From assembly GCA_963713045.1 (NCBI GenBank), contig CAVQKE010000004.1, forward strand, positions 640,001 to 704,000: a DNA stretch of 64,000 bases. The letters run 5' to 3'. The notes under the pieces are model-generated. The model was given only the letters and a program-made list of their open reading frames with translations. It had not been told where the DNA came from and searched no databases. The translations under genes and the position numbers were made by a program. Numbering within the stretch: position 1 is the stretch's first letter; each line of letters starts with the position of its first letter. Of this stretch, positions 28,829 through 37,586 are shown one piece after another. The DNA is from an uncultured delta proteobacterium (GTDB taxonomy: Bacteria > Myxococcota > Myxococcia > Myxococcales > Myxococcaceae).

Positions 28829-29053
28829 TCACGAGATACATTCGCAGACGCCAGCATCCAGGTATGGGACGTATTCGCAGTCCCCATCGCAATCGGCACA
28901 GCCGGAGGAACAGTCTGGGATGCCCGCGTCCGCAAAGGGACCGGAATCCTGGCCGGGGTCACCCGCTTGGCTTGGCGTCCCGCATCCAGAGACCCCGATG
29001 CCAGCCAGAACGGTGACGACCAAGACCTTGGGCAGGGAGAAGCGCTTCCGCAT
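28829..29053 (-). CDS. 74-aa Cys-rich exported/lipo-peptide, candidate RiPP precursor
   Basis: MRKRFSLPKVLVVTVLAGIGVSGC-GTPSQAGDPGQDSGPFADAGIPDCSSGCADCDGDCEYVPYLDAGVCECIS; 45 nt upstream of the flavoprotein on the same strand. Confidence 0.75.
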   Translation of the reverse strand: MRKRFSLPKVLVVTVLAGIGVSGCGTPSQAGDPGQDSGPFADAGIPDCSSGCADCDGDCEYVPYLDAGVCECIS

Positions 29054-29208
29054 CGCTAGGAAGGCTGCAACAGAACGCGTCCGGTCGCAAGGCGAAGCAA
29101 TTCCGCACGCTTCCGCCGGTCCAGTTTTCGGGGGCCGGCAGGTCAGTCGTTCCTGGCGACGGTCGAGGCCGCCGCCCCGATGTCGGACCTGTTTAGGGCT
29201 GGAATCCC

Positions 29209-29628
29209 TTAGGACTTCGCCTTCTTCGAAGGTTTCGACTTGGCAGAACCGTTGAGGGCGACCGCTTGGCGAACGAGCGCCTTGAAGGCGGACTCGGCAA
29301 CTTCTTCTCCTTCGCGGATGTCGATTGCTCGGCGTGTGTTCCCCTCGAGGCTCGAGTTGAAGAGCCGGGCCGGATCCTTCAAAGACGCGCCCTTGGCGAA
29401 GGTCAGCTTCACGACCTTCTTGTAGGATTCGCCCGTGCAGATGATGCCGTCGTGCGACCAAACCGGAGTGCCCATCCACTTCCACTCCTCGACGACGTGC
29501 GGGTCTGCTTCCTTGATGAGCCGGCGCATTCTGCTGAGGGTTTCCCCTCGCCAGTCTCCGAGTTCTGCGACTCTTTTCGAGATGAGCTCCGGTGCGGACA
29601 GGCCTTGGCTGACGCCCGACTTTTTCAT
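29209..29628 (-). CDS. DUF1801 (YdhG-like) protein
   Basis: DWRGETLSRMRRLI, EEWKWMGTPVWS and LFNSSLEGNTRRAID. Confidence 0.88.
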   Translation of the reverse strand: MKKSGVSQGLSAPELISKRVAELGDWRGETLSRMRRLIKEADPHVVEEWKWMGTPVWSHDGIICTGESYKKVVKLTFAKGASLKDPARLFNSSLEGNTRRAIDIREGEEVAESAFKALVRQAVALNGSAKSKPSKKAKS

Positions 29629-29750
29629 GGTCTCATCCTAAAGGTTCCAGGTGCGCTGCATTCGCAAGACAGCGGAGGACAGTCGTCCAAGCTTGAGGGC
29701 AGTGCTACGCCTCCGACGGAGGGAGAGTCCATCTTCGGCCTCGGAAAGGC

Positions 29751-30134
29751 TCAGGCGCTCGCCGGCGTGGCCTGCACGCGGCGCCAGAAGAAGTACGAAA
29801 GCACCCAGAGCACGGCGGTGGCCGCCGCCCAGCCCCACGCCTCCGGCCCGTCGCCCATCGAGAGGTGGGCGATGAGAGCAGAGACGAGGTTGATGGCGAA
29901 GCCGGCGTAGGCCCACTCCTTGAGCCGCGTCGGCACCGGCGCTAGCAGCAGCGCCACGCCGAGGAGCTTGGCCAAGGAGAGCTCAACCCGAAAGTAGGCG
30001 GGGAAGCCGAGGTGGGTGAACGCATCGGCCACCTGCGGTAGGCGCAGTTGCGCGTAGGCGGTGAAGACTATCTGCAAACAGAACAGCGCGGTGACGGTCC
30101 AGAAGGCGACCACCATTCCTTTGAAGCGCGGCAC
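29751..30134 (-). CDS. DoxX-family membrane protein
   Basis: FTHLGFPAYFRVELSLAKLLG and RLKEWAYAGF; start uncertain. Confidence 0.85.
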   Translation of the reverse strand: MPRFKGMVVAFWTVTALFCLQIVFTAYAQLRLPQVADAFTHLGFPAYFRVELSLAKLLGVALLLAPVPTRLKEWAYAGFAINLVSALIAHLSMGDGPEAWGWAAATAVLWVLSYFFWRRVQATPASA

Positions 30135-30136
30135 GC

Positions 30137-30703
30137 TCAGGTCCGTGGGCGAGAGGGCCAAGCGGGGGCGTCAACACCGAACTGCTTTGCGTACTCGGCA
30201 TTCAGTCGCTGCCAGCCGCCGAACGTCATGGCCTCGGGGCCGGCGATACGTCCAATGGGCTGACCCGCGAGAAATCGCTCCAGCACATCGAAGCAGATGT
30301 GCCAGCCCGCGGCGCCCATCGAGATGAATCCACGGTTGATGTTGTGCCAGAGAGTCAACCGGGTGCCGCCACCTGCCAGTGGCTCCAGTTCCCAGCGGAT
30401 GTCTTGTCCCCCCCAGTTAAATTCGAGCACCGTGGGCGCGTCGGCGCGCTTCACCTGGGTCTCGGATACATGCAGCTTCGGCGCCCCCACTGTCGAGAGT
30501 CTTGCAGTGCCAACGGCACCCAGGTTCCGGTCCGAATCGAACGGGGCCCATTCGCGGAGATGCTCGGGCTCCGTCAGCGCTCGCCACACCTTGGCCGGAG
30601 GGTGGGAGATGTCGCGGACCAGGACGAGTGTCCACTTCTCTCCGTCTTTTCGAACCTCAGCGCCAGAAGCAGCACCCGGCGCGTATTGCTCACGGCTGCT
30701 CAT
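30137..30703 (-). CDS. SRPBCC / AHSA1-like domain protein
   Basis: HPPAKVWRALTEPEHLREWAP, GGTRLTLWH and AAGWHICFD. Confidence 0.88.
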   Translation of the reverse strand: MSSREQYAPGAASGAEVRKDGEKWTLVLVRDISHPPAKVWRALTEPEHLREWAPFDSDRNLGAVGTARLSTVGAPKLHVSETQVKRADAPTVLEFNWGGQDIRWELEPLAGGGTRLTLWHNINRGFISMGAAGWHICFDVLERFLAGQPIGRIAGPEAMTFGGWQRLNAEYAKQFGVDAPAWPSRPRT

Positions 30704-31058
30704 GTCTTTTCTTTCCTTTCCCAGAGGGCACTTTGTCCATCTTTTCCAAGTGTTGCTCCAGGGCATCGACATGCTTTGACCAGTAGCGCCGGAAGGGAAT
30801 GAGCCATGCGTCGAGCTCCATGAGCGGCTCCGGCCTCAGTCGATAGAGGCGCCGCTGCGCTTCAATGCGTGACTCCACGAACCCGGCCTCGCGCAGCACT
30901 CGCAAATGCTTGGAGACGGACGGCTGCGACACTTGAAGCTCGCGCTCGATTTCGCCAACCGAGCGCTCAGACGACAGCAGCAGACTCAAAATCGCCCGTC
31001 GATTGGGCTCCGCGACGATGGCAAACGATGATTCCACGGTAGGCATATAGCCGAGCAT
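30690..31058 (-). CDS. ArsR/SmtB-family transcriptional regulator
   Basis: AEPNRRAILSLL, SVGEI, SQPSVSKHLRVLREAGFV and RRLYRL; the true start may be 4-8 codons downstream. Confidence 0.9.
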   Translation of the reverse strand: MLGYMPTVESSFAIVAEPNRRAILSLLLSSERSVGEIERELQVSQPSVSKHLRVLREAGFVESRIEAQRRLYRLRPEPLMELDAWLIPFRRYWSKHVDALEQHLEKMDKVPSGKGKKRHEQP

Positions 31059-31082
31059 TTATATTCTCGTCAAGTCATATTA

Positions 31083-31328
31083 TCACCACGCGTTCAGGCG
31101 CTTGCCAAAATGAGGACGTCGCCTTGCCGTCGGCGCGGGGCGACGTCGCGCTGCATTCCCTGCAGCTGCGCCGCCAAGTGGAATCGACGAGCCGAGACGG
31201 CTCTCCATGTCGCGCAGCCGTCTGCCGAGCTTGGATTGACGGACATTCAACGCCTCAGCAGCCTGGCGGAGACTTCGATGCAGTGAGGCGATGATGGCCC
31301 ACCTCAGATCTCGACGTTCGAGCGACAT
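31083..31328 (-). pseudogene. Truncated LysR-family HTH fragment
   Basis: DLRWAIIASLHRSLRQAAEALNVRQSKLGRRLRDMESRLG, then non-protein-like text; no effector domain. Confidence 0.65.
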
Positions 31329-31381
31329 CGGTCAGTTCCGACACGGACTAAGACAGCAGCGGGACGAGCCGAATCGCGACA

Positions 31382-31915
31382 TTAAGCAGGAACGTACGTC
31401 AACCTGATCGCGTCCTCGGTGATTAGATCGCTGGCCACAAGGTGGAGCGGCGGCCGGGGGCCGGCGAAGAACGGCTTGCCGCGACCCAGCACGACGGGGC
31501 GGAAGTAGAGTCGATACTCATCAATGAGACCAAGGTCGGTCAGGCTTCGCGCCAGGTCTGGTCCGCCAACCTCGATTTCCCCACCGAACTGAGCCTTCAG
31601 CCCGCGTATCGCCACTCTCGAAGTCATCCCCGACAAGCGTGGCGTTGGGGCCGACCGACTTGAACGAGCGCGACACGACCCACTTCGGCTGGCGCCGCCA
31701 CGCCACCGCGAAGTCGCGCTCCTCCGCGCCCCACTCAGGAAGGTCTTCGTCCCAATAACGCATGACCTCGTACATGCGACGGCCGTAGATGCTGCCCGTC
31801 ACGCTCGCGCACCTGCTCGATGAAGTGACGGAAGAGCGCCGGGCTCGGCCTCATTTCAAGGTGGTCGACATAGCCATCCAAGGACTGGTTCAATCCCGAA
31901 GACAAGCCTAGCCAT
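31382..31915 (-). pseudogene. Dihydrofolate reductase/RibD C-terminal-like protein with about 3 frameshifts
   Basis: MARLVFG / NQSLDGYVDH / YGRRMYEVMRYW / GGPDLARSLTDLGLIDEYRLYFRPVVLGRG spread across different frames. Confidence 0.8.
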
Positions 31916-31953
31916 GCACATTTCCTTTCTCACGCCGCGCGCCCGCGTTAGTC

Positions 31954-32007
31954 TGATTGCGGTATGCAACCGGTTGTACGCTAGATTGAACGGTTTCATA
32001 TCGCAAC
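31954..32007. promoter_or_regulatory. Two imperfect palindromes between the divergent DHFR-like and HxlR genes (candidate operators)
   Basis: GATTGC-ggtat-GCAACC and GGTTTC-atatc-GCAACC. Confidence 0.5.
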
Positions 32008-32023
32008 CGGTCTTGGAGTGCCC

Positions 32024-32611
32024 ATGAACGCCCAACGCTCGGGCTGCCCGATTAATCTAACTCTCGAGACGCTGGGGGATCGCTGGAGCCTGATCGTCAT
32101 CCGCGACGTGATGTTCGGCAACCGCCGTCACTTCCGCGAATTGCTGACCCGGTCTGAGGAGCGGATAGCCTCGAACATTCTGGCCGACCGGCTGAAGCGC
32201 CTGGAGAAGGCCGGCCTGGTATCCCGTCGCGACGATCCCAGCCACAAGCAGAAGGCCATCTACAGCCTGACCGACGCTTCCATCGCTCTGGTCCCCCTGC
32301 TGGCCCACATGGGCGGTTGGGGGTTACGTCACACGCCCGCGTCTAAAGAACTCTCGGTGCGCGCGAAAATCCTTGAAGACGGGGGCCCGAAGCTGTGGTC
32401 CGAATTCATGGAGGAGTTGCGGCACCTCCACCTGGAGGCGCCGGCGCCCAGGAGGTCGGTCTTCTCCAGGTTGCAGTCGGCTTACGAAGCCGCCATTGCG
32501 AAGCGGCTGCGTACCCGAGTTGGTGCTGGTGCGGATGAGCGGCCACAAGACGCGCGCAGTCTTCGAGCCGTACAGCGTCGTCGCAGAGGAGGACCTTCGC
32601 GACGCCGTTAG
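32024..32611 (+). CDS. HxlR-family winged-helix regulator (3' end runs into an integrase remnant)
   Basis: RSGCPINLTLETLGDRWSLIVIRD, IASNILADRLKRL and YSLT. Confidence 0.88.
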   Translation: MNAQRSGCPINLTLETLGDRWSLIVIRDVMFGNRRHFRELLTRSEERIASNILADRLKRLEKAGLVSRRDDPSHKQKAIYSLTDASIALVPLLAHMGGWGLRHTPASKELSVRAKILEDGGPKLWSEFMEELRHLHLEAPAPRRSVFSRLQSAYEAAIAKRLRTRVGAGADERPQDARSLRAVQRRRRGGPSRRR

Positions 32612-32684
32612 ACGCATCGAGGGCGGCCGTTTACGTCAAGAAACCGTCAAAGTCGAAAAATGGGAGCCCGGAGCCTGGAGGTAG
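32508..32684 (+). pseudogene. C-terminal remnant of a tyrosine integrase
   Basis: VPELVLVRMSGHKTRAVFEPYSVVAEEDLRDAV aligns by eye with [33 protein letters not shown] of the integrase at about 42.1 kb. Confidence 0.75.
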
Positions 32685-32693
32685 ACATCGGGG

Positions 32694-33049
32694 TCAGCCG
32701 TGCGCGTCAAGCTCCGCCAGGAAGACGGCTGCCTTGACGATTCTGAGCAGTGCGGTGGCCAGGTCGACGGTGTCTGACGGGTCCACCTTCACGACCTCGA
32801 CCGCTGGAAGAAGGTCGGTCGCCACCATATGGGCGCTGGCCATGGCCCGCTCGACAAGGAGTCGCGGGTCAGTCCGGAACTTGCCGGCGAGCTTTGGATA
32901 GTCGATGACCCGAAGGCATTTGGCCACGATTGGCGGGGACCAGACCAGCTCGAAGCCGTTGCGTCGCTGGAACTCGTTCCCTTCAAGCGCCCCGTCGTCG
33001 CTGAAGGGCCGGACCGGCTTGCGGCGCCCAGCAGCTTGAGAACGTCCAT
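32694..33049 (-). pseudogene. Hypothetical gene, probably frameshifted
   Basis: MDVLKLLGAA.. in one frame joins FSDDGALEGNEFQRRNGFELVWSPPIVAKCLRVIDYPKL..ELDAHG in another. Confidence 0.4.
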
Positions 33050-33093
33050 TGCGCGGAAGCTATGGTCCCAGGGTATTTCACTGGGGGCCGTAA

Positions 33094-33681
33094 ATGGCTG
33101 GGCGTTTGATTGAGCGTTTCATGCCGGAAGCCGACGTTCGTGAGCTGCATGAGATACGCGTGAGCGCTTCCGCGGAGCTCGTCTTCGAGGTCGCCGAGAC
33201 CTTCGACATCCAGTCGCTGAGGTCCGTACGTGCGTTGTTCTGGCTTCGAGCGAAGCTCCTCGGTGCTAACCCAGGGCCCGTTCGGTGGCCGCGAGGCCTG
33301 GTTGCCGAGACGCGGAATCTCGGATGGGCCGAGCTCGCCCTCGAGCCGAGCCGACAGCGGGTTATGGGCGCGGTAACCCGCCCGTGGGAGCCCAACGTCC
33401 GCTTCACCGTCGTTGCGCCAGAGCACTTCCTGGCCTTCTCCAAGCCCGACCAGGTGAAGATTGTCTGGACGCTCGAGGCCGAGCCCGAGTCTCCGGATGT
33501 GACGCTCTTCCGGACCGAGACGCGCGCGCTTGCCACGGACGAAGAAGCGCGCCGGAAGTTTCGGCGCTACTGGAGATTCTTTGGAGCAGGCATTGTCCTC
33601 ATCCGGCTACTACTCCTTCCGGCGCTTCGGCGCGAAGCCGAGCGTCGCCAACATCCGCGGCATGGACAACGGTCACAGTAG
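33094..33681 (+). CDS. Conserved hypothetical protein (DUF2867-like)
   Basis: LIERFMPEADVRELHEI, TETRALATDEEARRKFRRYW and LLPALRREAE. Confidence 0.75.
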   Translation: MAGRLIERFMPEADVRELHEIRVSASAELVFEVAETFDIQSLRSVRALFWLRAKLLGANPGPVRWPRGLVAETRNLGWAELALEPSRQRVMGAVTRPWEPNVRFTVVAPEHFLAFSKPDQVKIVWTLEAEPESPDVTLFRTETRALATDEEARRKFRRYWRFFGAGIVLIRLLLLPALRREAERRQHPRHGQRSQ

Positions 33682-34168
33682 CCTCTACCGGTTGCAACCA
33701 CTGACTTCTCTGACGGCGCTGACCCACGACGAGCTGGCTCACGGAGCTTCTCGGAGCAGCGCGGGGCGTCGTGCTCACCGAGACCCTGACGTAGCCCCCT
33801 GAAGGACGCCTTGCGTGCTGGCCGAGACCGAGCAGCCACCGGAACCTCGTGGCCCCGTCGACCCCAAAATTCCCTTCGAACTTTACGCGAAACTGGGCCG
33901 ACTGCTGGAGCGCCTTGCCGAGCTGGACCCGACCCGTGCCGGGACTGAGATGTATTCGGGAAGGTGGTACTGACGCCCAAGAAGGTCCCTGGCGGCATCA
34001 CCTGGGGGCTGATAACCGCCGTGCGGAGCCACGGAGGCAGACTCGGTGACCCTACTGGCCAAGCGGCAAGTATCTCTAACGGAGATTGCGGGGGGCTGGC
34101 GGACTCCCTCCGGCGATGCGAGACGAACCGTGAAATGCGGCCATTGGTCGCTCGCCTTTCTCAGGGTC

Positions 34169-35089
34169 TTACGGGACCAGCACGATCTTCCCGTGAGTAT
34201 GGCGCCGCTCGAGCTCTCGATAGGCGTCCTGCACCTTTGCCAAGGGGTACACCTTTGCGATTGGAACCTCGAGACGACCCGCCGCCATCAATTCTGCCAG
34301 CTCGCCGAGTACTGCCGCATTCGCAGCGTCATGGCTTCCCGCCACCTTGACGCCGTGCTTCTCGGCGGCCGAGAAGTCGATGATTGTGTCGATCCGATTG
34401 GGCGCGACTCCCAACTCTAGCGCTAGCTCGACATAGCCTCGGCCGAACGTGTCAATGAAAGCATCGACACGGCCACCCGTAGCCGCGCGAACTCGCGCGG
34501 CAACTCCGTCGCCATAGGAAACCGGGACTACACCGTGGTCAGTAAGCCAACTGTGATTGCCTTCACTAGCCAAACCAATGACCTTCGCTCCTTTGAGCCC
34601 CGCTAGCTGCACCACCAACGAACCGACGCCGCCAGCCGCGCCGGAAACGACGACGGTTTCGCCAGCCTTGAGCAACACCGCTTGGACCGCCGCATAGGCC
34701 GTGGTGCCTGCAACAAACAGGGCTCCCGCTTGCTCCCACGGCACGTTAGGCGGACGTCGGGTTAGCTGCTCAGCGTTGACGGCGACGAACTCGGCATGAC
34801 TTGCACGGTCGTTGGTGAACCCGATGACCTCATCGTCAGCACGAATCCCCCTCACCCCCACACCAACCTCCTCGACAATGCCGGCGAAGTCGCTCCCTTC
34901 ACCCGACGGAAACTTGGCAGGCCAGCGTTTGGCGAAAAGCCCTTCGCGAATGGCGACCTCGCCTGGATTGATGCCAGCGGCTTTGACTCGAACGAGGACC
35001 TGTCCCCGCCCCGGAACCGGCCGGTCGACATCCCGAACGTGAAGGACATCGAGGCCGCCATATTTGTCGAACATCACTGCTCTCGGCAT
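34169..35089 (-). CDS. NADP-dependent quinone oxidoreductase (MDR family)
   Basis: VRVKAAGINPGE, GSDFAGIV, SGAAGGVGS and HTHGKIVL. Confidence 0.92.
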   Translation of the reverse strand: MPRAVMFDKYGGLDVLHVRDVDRPVPGRGQVLVRVKAAGINPGEVAIREGLFAKRWPAKFPSGEGSDFAGIVEEVGVGVRGIRADDEVIGFTNDRASHAEFVAVNAEQLTRRPPNVPWEQAGALFVAGTTAYAAVQAVLLKAGETVVVSGAAGGVGSLVVQLAGLKGAKVIGLASEGNHSWLTDHGVVPVSYGDGVAARVRAATGGRVDAFIDTFGRGYVELALELGVAPNRIDTIIDFSAAEKHGVKVAGSHDAANAAVLGELAELMAAGRLEVPIAKVYPLAKVQDAYRELERRHTHGKIVLVP

Positions 35090-35101
35090 GACCCATCCCA
35101 A

Positions 35102-35332
35102 TTAGGCCTGAGCCACAGCCGCGTGGCTGATGGCGGTAAGCTCCCGCTCAGCTGCGAACCAGTCCTCTTGGTCGAAGCCATGCTGACATCCACGTCCAGC
35201 GAATTTCTCGTAGGCAAGCAAAGCGATAGCCGTCTCAGACGGAGGCGAATCCAGCCGCAGCCCCGCCCCCGGAACCGGTCTGGTAGGGGGAAACCTGGCC
35301 TTCAATAGTTTACATATCTGCGTCGTTTCCAT
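35102..35332 (-). CDS. DUF2934-domain small protein
   Basis: IALLAYEKFAGRGCQHGFDQEDWFAAEREL. Confidence 0.75.
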   Translation of the reverse strand: METTQICKLLKARFPPTRPVPGAGLRLDSPPSETAIALLAYEKFAGRGCQHGFDQEDWFAAERELTAISHAAVAQA

Positions 35333-35650
35333 ATCGACTCTCTCCCTGTCGCGCTGTTGAGACTGGCCAAGCCGACCGCCGAAAGGCGAATTGCGTTTTC
35401 GCCGTAGGTAGCGGCGGCGCCTCCGAGACGGTGACATACTCTGCGTCGTTCTAAACATGGTGGGCGCGCATGATGCACGCCGTCAACAATGCACGGCTGC
35501 TGAGGCCAGGCATCGGCGATGGAGTGGCACGCACCGACCGAACGACGCAAATCGCGCGCCTTTTCGTTAGCTTCAGCGACCAGTGAGAGATTGTGATGTT
35601 CGTCTTTCACAACTGCTAGCGGTCTGCCAAGTGCGAAAAGGCCCACCAAG

Positions 35651-36145
35651 TCATCTAAGTTTCGACATCGATGGCGTCGTTTCTTCGAGGAGGTGGAGTG
35701 GAACAGGCTTCTCCTCAGCGGCTCTGCGAAATCGTTGCAGAACTGCCATCGGTAACGCCTTTGTTGCCCAAGGATATAACCCGTCGTCCTCACTCTGCGC
35801 ATGAGCGCGGAGTCGGGAAATGAACTCCTCGACGGCGGAGGTTCTCAACAAGTGAAGGTCGAGGTTGATGCCGAACTCGGTCAAGACCCGCCGGAAGTAT
35901 TGATGGTCTTGAAGCAAGGTATCCGCCGCTGCCGGGTGTTCCTCGGCATATATCGGCAGCAGTTCAACCTCCTCCGCCGAGATGTGCGCGAGAAGGGCCT
36001 TCTCGAAGATGTTCCACATTTCGCGAAGCTCTGAGCGGTCATCCTTCTTCGTCTCAGCGATTAGCTCATCGAAGAGGCGCAGCAGCCTGGCGTGGTGGCC
36101 TCGAAGCGGATGTTTTCCGGCCTTCTGCCGTTGTTTGACCGACAT
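35651..36145 (-). CDS. Hemerythrin-domain protein
   Basis: HHARL, HISAEE, LQDH and HAQSED (H, HxxxE, H, HxxxE pattern); GAGGG RBS. Confidence 0.82.
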   Translation of the reverse strand: MSVKQRQKAGKHPLRGHHARLLRLFDELIAETKKDDRSELREMWNIFEKALLAHISAEEVELLPIYAEEHPAAADTLLQDHQYFRRVLTEFGINLDLHLLRTSAVEEFISRLRAHAQSEDDGLYPWATKALPMAVLQRFRRAAEEKPVPLHLLEETTPSMSKLR

Positions 36146-36539
36146 GTTGACCCTCTTCCTTGCTCAAAGTCTAAGCAAAGGCCGTGCCTTGGCTCGACAG
36201 TCTCCGACGCGGTGTCAAGGGTGCTCGCGGTGCGGCGCCAGAGCCCCAAACCGCAAAGATTGCGGGGTCCACGGTGCTAGCGCATTCGCACCGACCGGTA
36301 TTGGTGCCCCGTCCGCCCGAGTGACCCGTTGGCACTGACCGCCGCGGCGTCTCCCGCGCGGCGGCGACGGCGGAGCGGGAGCCCCGAGTGCGTCCTATTG
36401 AAAACCAAGCAATGGGCCATCGCCTAACCGCCAGCACTGCCGGCTGGCGTCACATCGCGCCCCCGTGGGAATCCGGCGCCTTCCTCGGGCCTGCAAGACT
36501 CTCCCTGGCTTCATTTTGGAAGTGAACGCCAGTCGCGTC

Positions 36540-37586
36540 CTAGTGCCCAAGCGTTTCGGGCTCACTCCCGATACGACCGCGGAATGTGCGCGCTACGTAA
36601 ACAAAGTACGCGCACGCAAGGGGCAGCCCGATTGCAGCCCACAGAGTCGCCGCGCGAAGCGCATACCCGCCCGAGGCAGCGGCATGCGCGGTGAGGTCGA
36701 ACTTGGGGCTGAGGGTGGAGTGAAGCAACACTGGCCAGCTAGCGGCCGCGGCGCTGGCCAAGAGGCCCACAAGCAACAACGCCGAGCTGCCGAACGCGAC
36801 GCCGGCGTACCTTCGGATGAGCCCCCACAGCAGGCCCAGGACTGCGAGCGCAACGAGCGCCAAGGTTAGCCAAACCATCGGCCGTTGCGCGGCAGCCGCA
36901 GCCAGCCCGGGCCGTACTCGCAGCGTTGCCCAGGTCACGACGCATAAGAGTGCCGCGATCAGAGGGTAGAGGCCTCGCGCGACGCGGAAACTCCGCTGCG
37001 CGACCGGTCCCAGCGTCTTGAGGGCAAGAAAAAGAGCACCATGCGCGGTGAGCGTCAGGAGGGCAAAGACGCCCACCAGGACCGTGTACGCATCCAGGAC
37101 CCCGGAGCTTGGTCCAGGGAGCAAGGAGTCGAAAAAACCGAGCGAAAAGGCCCCACTCTCGTCTAGAGGCACACCGCGAATCACGTTTCCTAGAGCTGCG
37201 CCGAGCACGACTGCCAAGAGGGCGCTTGCGAGGGCGAAAACGACATCCCAGAAGCTCCGCCAGAGGGGGTTGTGGACGTGACTGCGAACTTCGATGGAGA
37301 CCCCACGCAAGACTAACAGCCAGAGGACGAGTATCAGGGGGAGGTAGAAGCCGGAGAACCCCACCGCATAAGCCACGGGGAATGCGAGCACCAGCGCGCC
37401 ACCGCCCGCTAGAAGCCAAACTTCGTTGCCATCCCAACGCGGACCGATGGTGGCGAGCAGCGTTCGACGCTCGTCGTCGTCTCGGGCAACGAAGAGATGC
37501 AGAGCGCCGGCGCCGAGGTCGAAGCCGTCGAGCACCACGTACACTGCCAGCATGACGGACACCACCCCGTACCAGAGCACTTCCAT
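36540..37586 (-). CDS. cydB: Cytochrome bd ubiquinol oxidase subunit II
   Basis: YVVLDGFDLGAG, IGPRWDGNEVWL and LRGVSIEVR; TGATG overlap with cydA. Confidence 0.95.
   Translation of the reverse strand: MEVLWYGVVSVMLAVYVVLDGFDLGAGALHLFVARDDDERRTLLATIGPRWDGNEVWLLAGGGALVLAFPVAYAVGFSGFYLPLILVLWLLVLRGVSIEVRSHVHNPLWRSFWDVVFALASALLAVVLGAALGNVIRGVPLDESGAFSLGFFDSLLPGPSSGVLDAYTVLVGVFALLTLTAHGALFLALKTLGPVAQRSFRVARGLYPLIAALLCVVTWATLRVRPGLAAAAAQRPMVWLTLALVALAVLGLLWGLIRRYAGVAFGSSALLLVGLLASAAAASWPVLLHSTLSPKFDLTAHAAASGGYALRAATLWAAIGLPLACAYFVYVARTFRGRIGSEPETLGH

Noticed and set aside
28829..29485. The 218-aa ORF as a real protein
   Set aside because: Its N-terminal part overlaps the DUF1801 gene out of frame; only the last 74 codons from the ATG at 29053 look like a gene.
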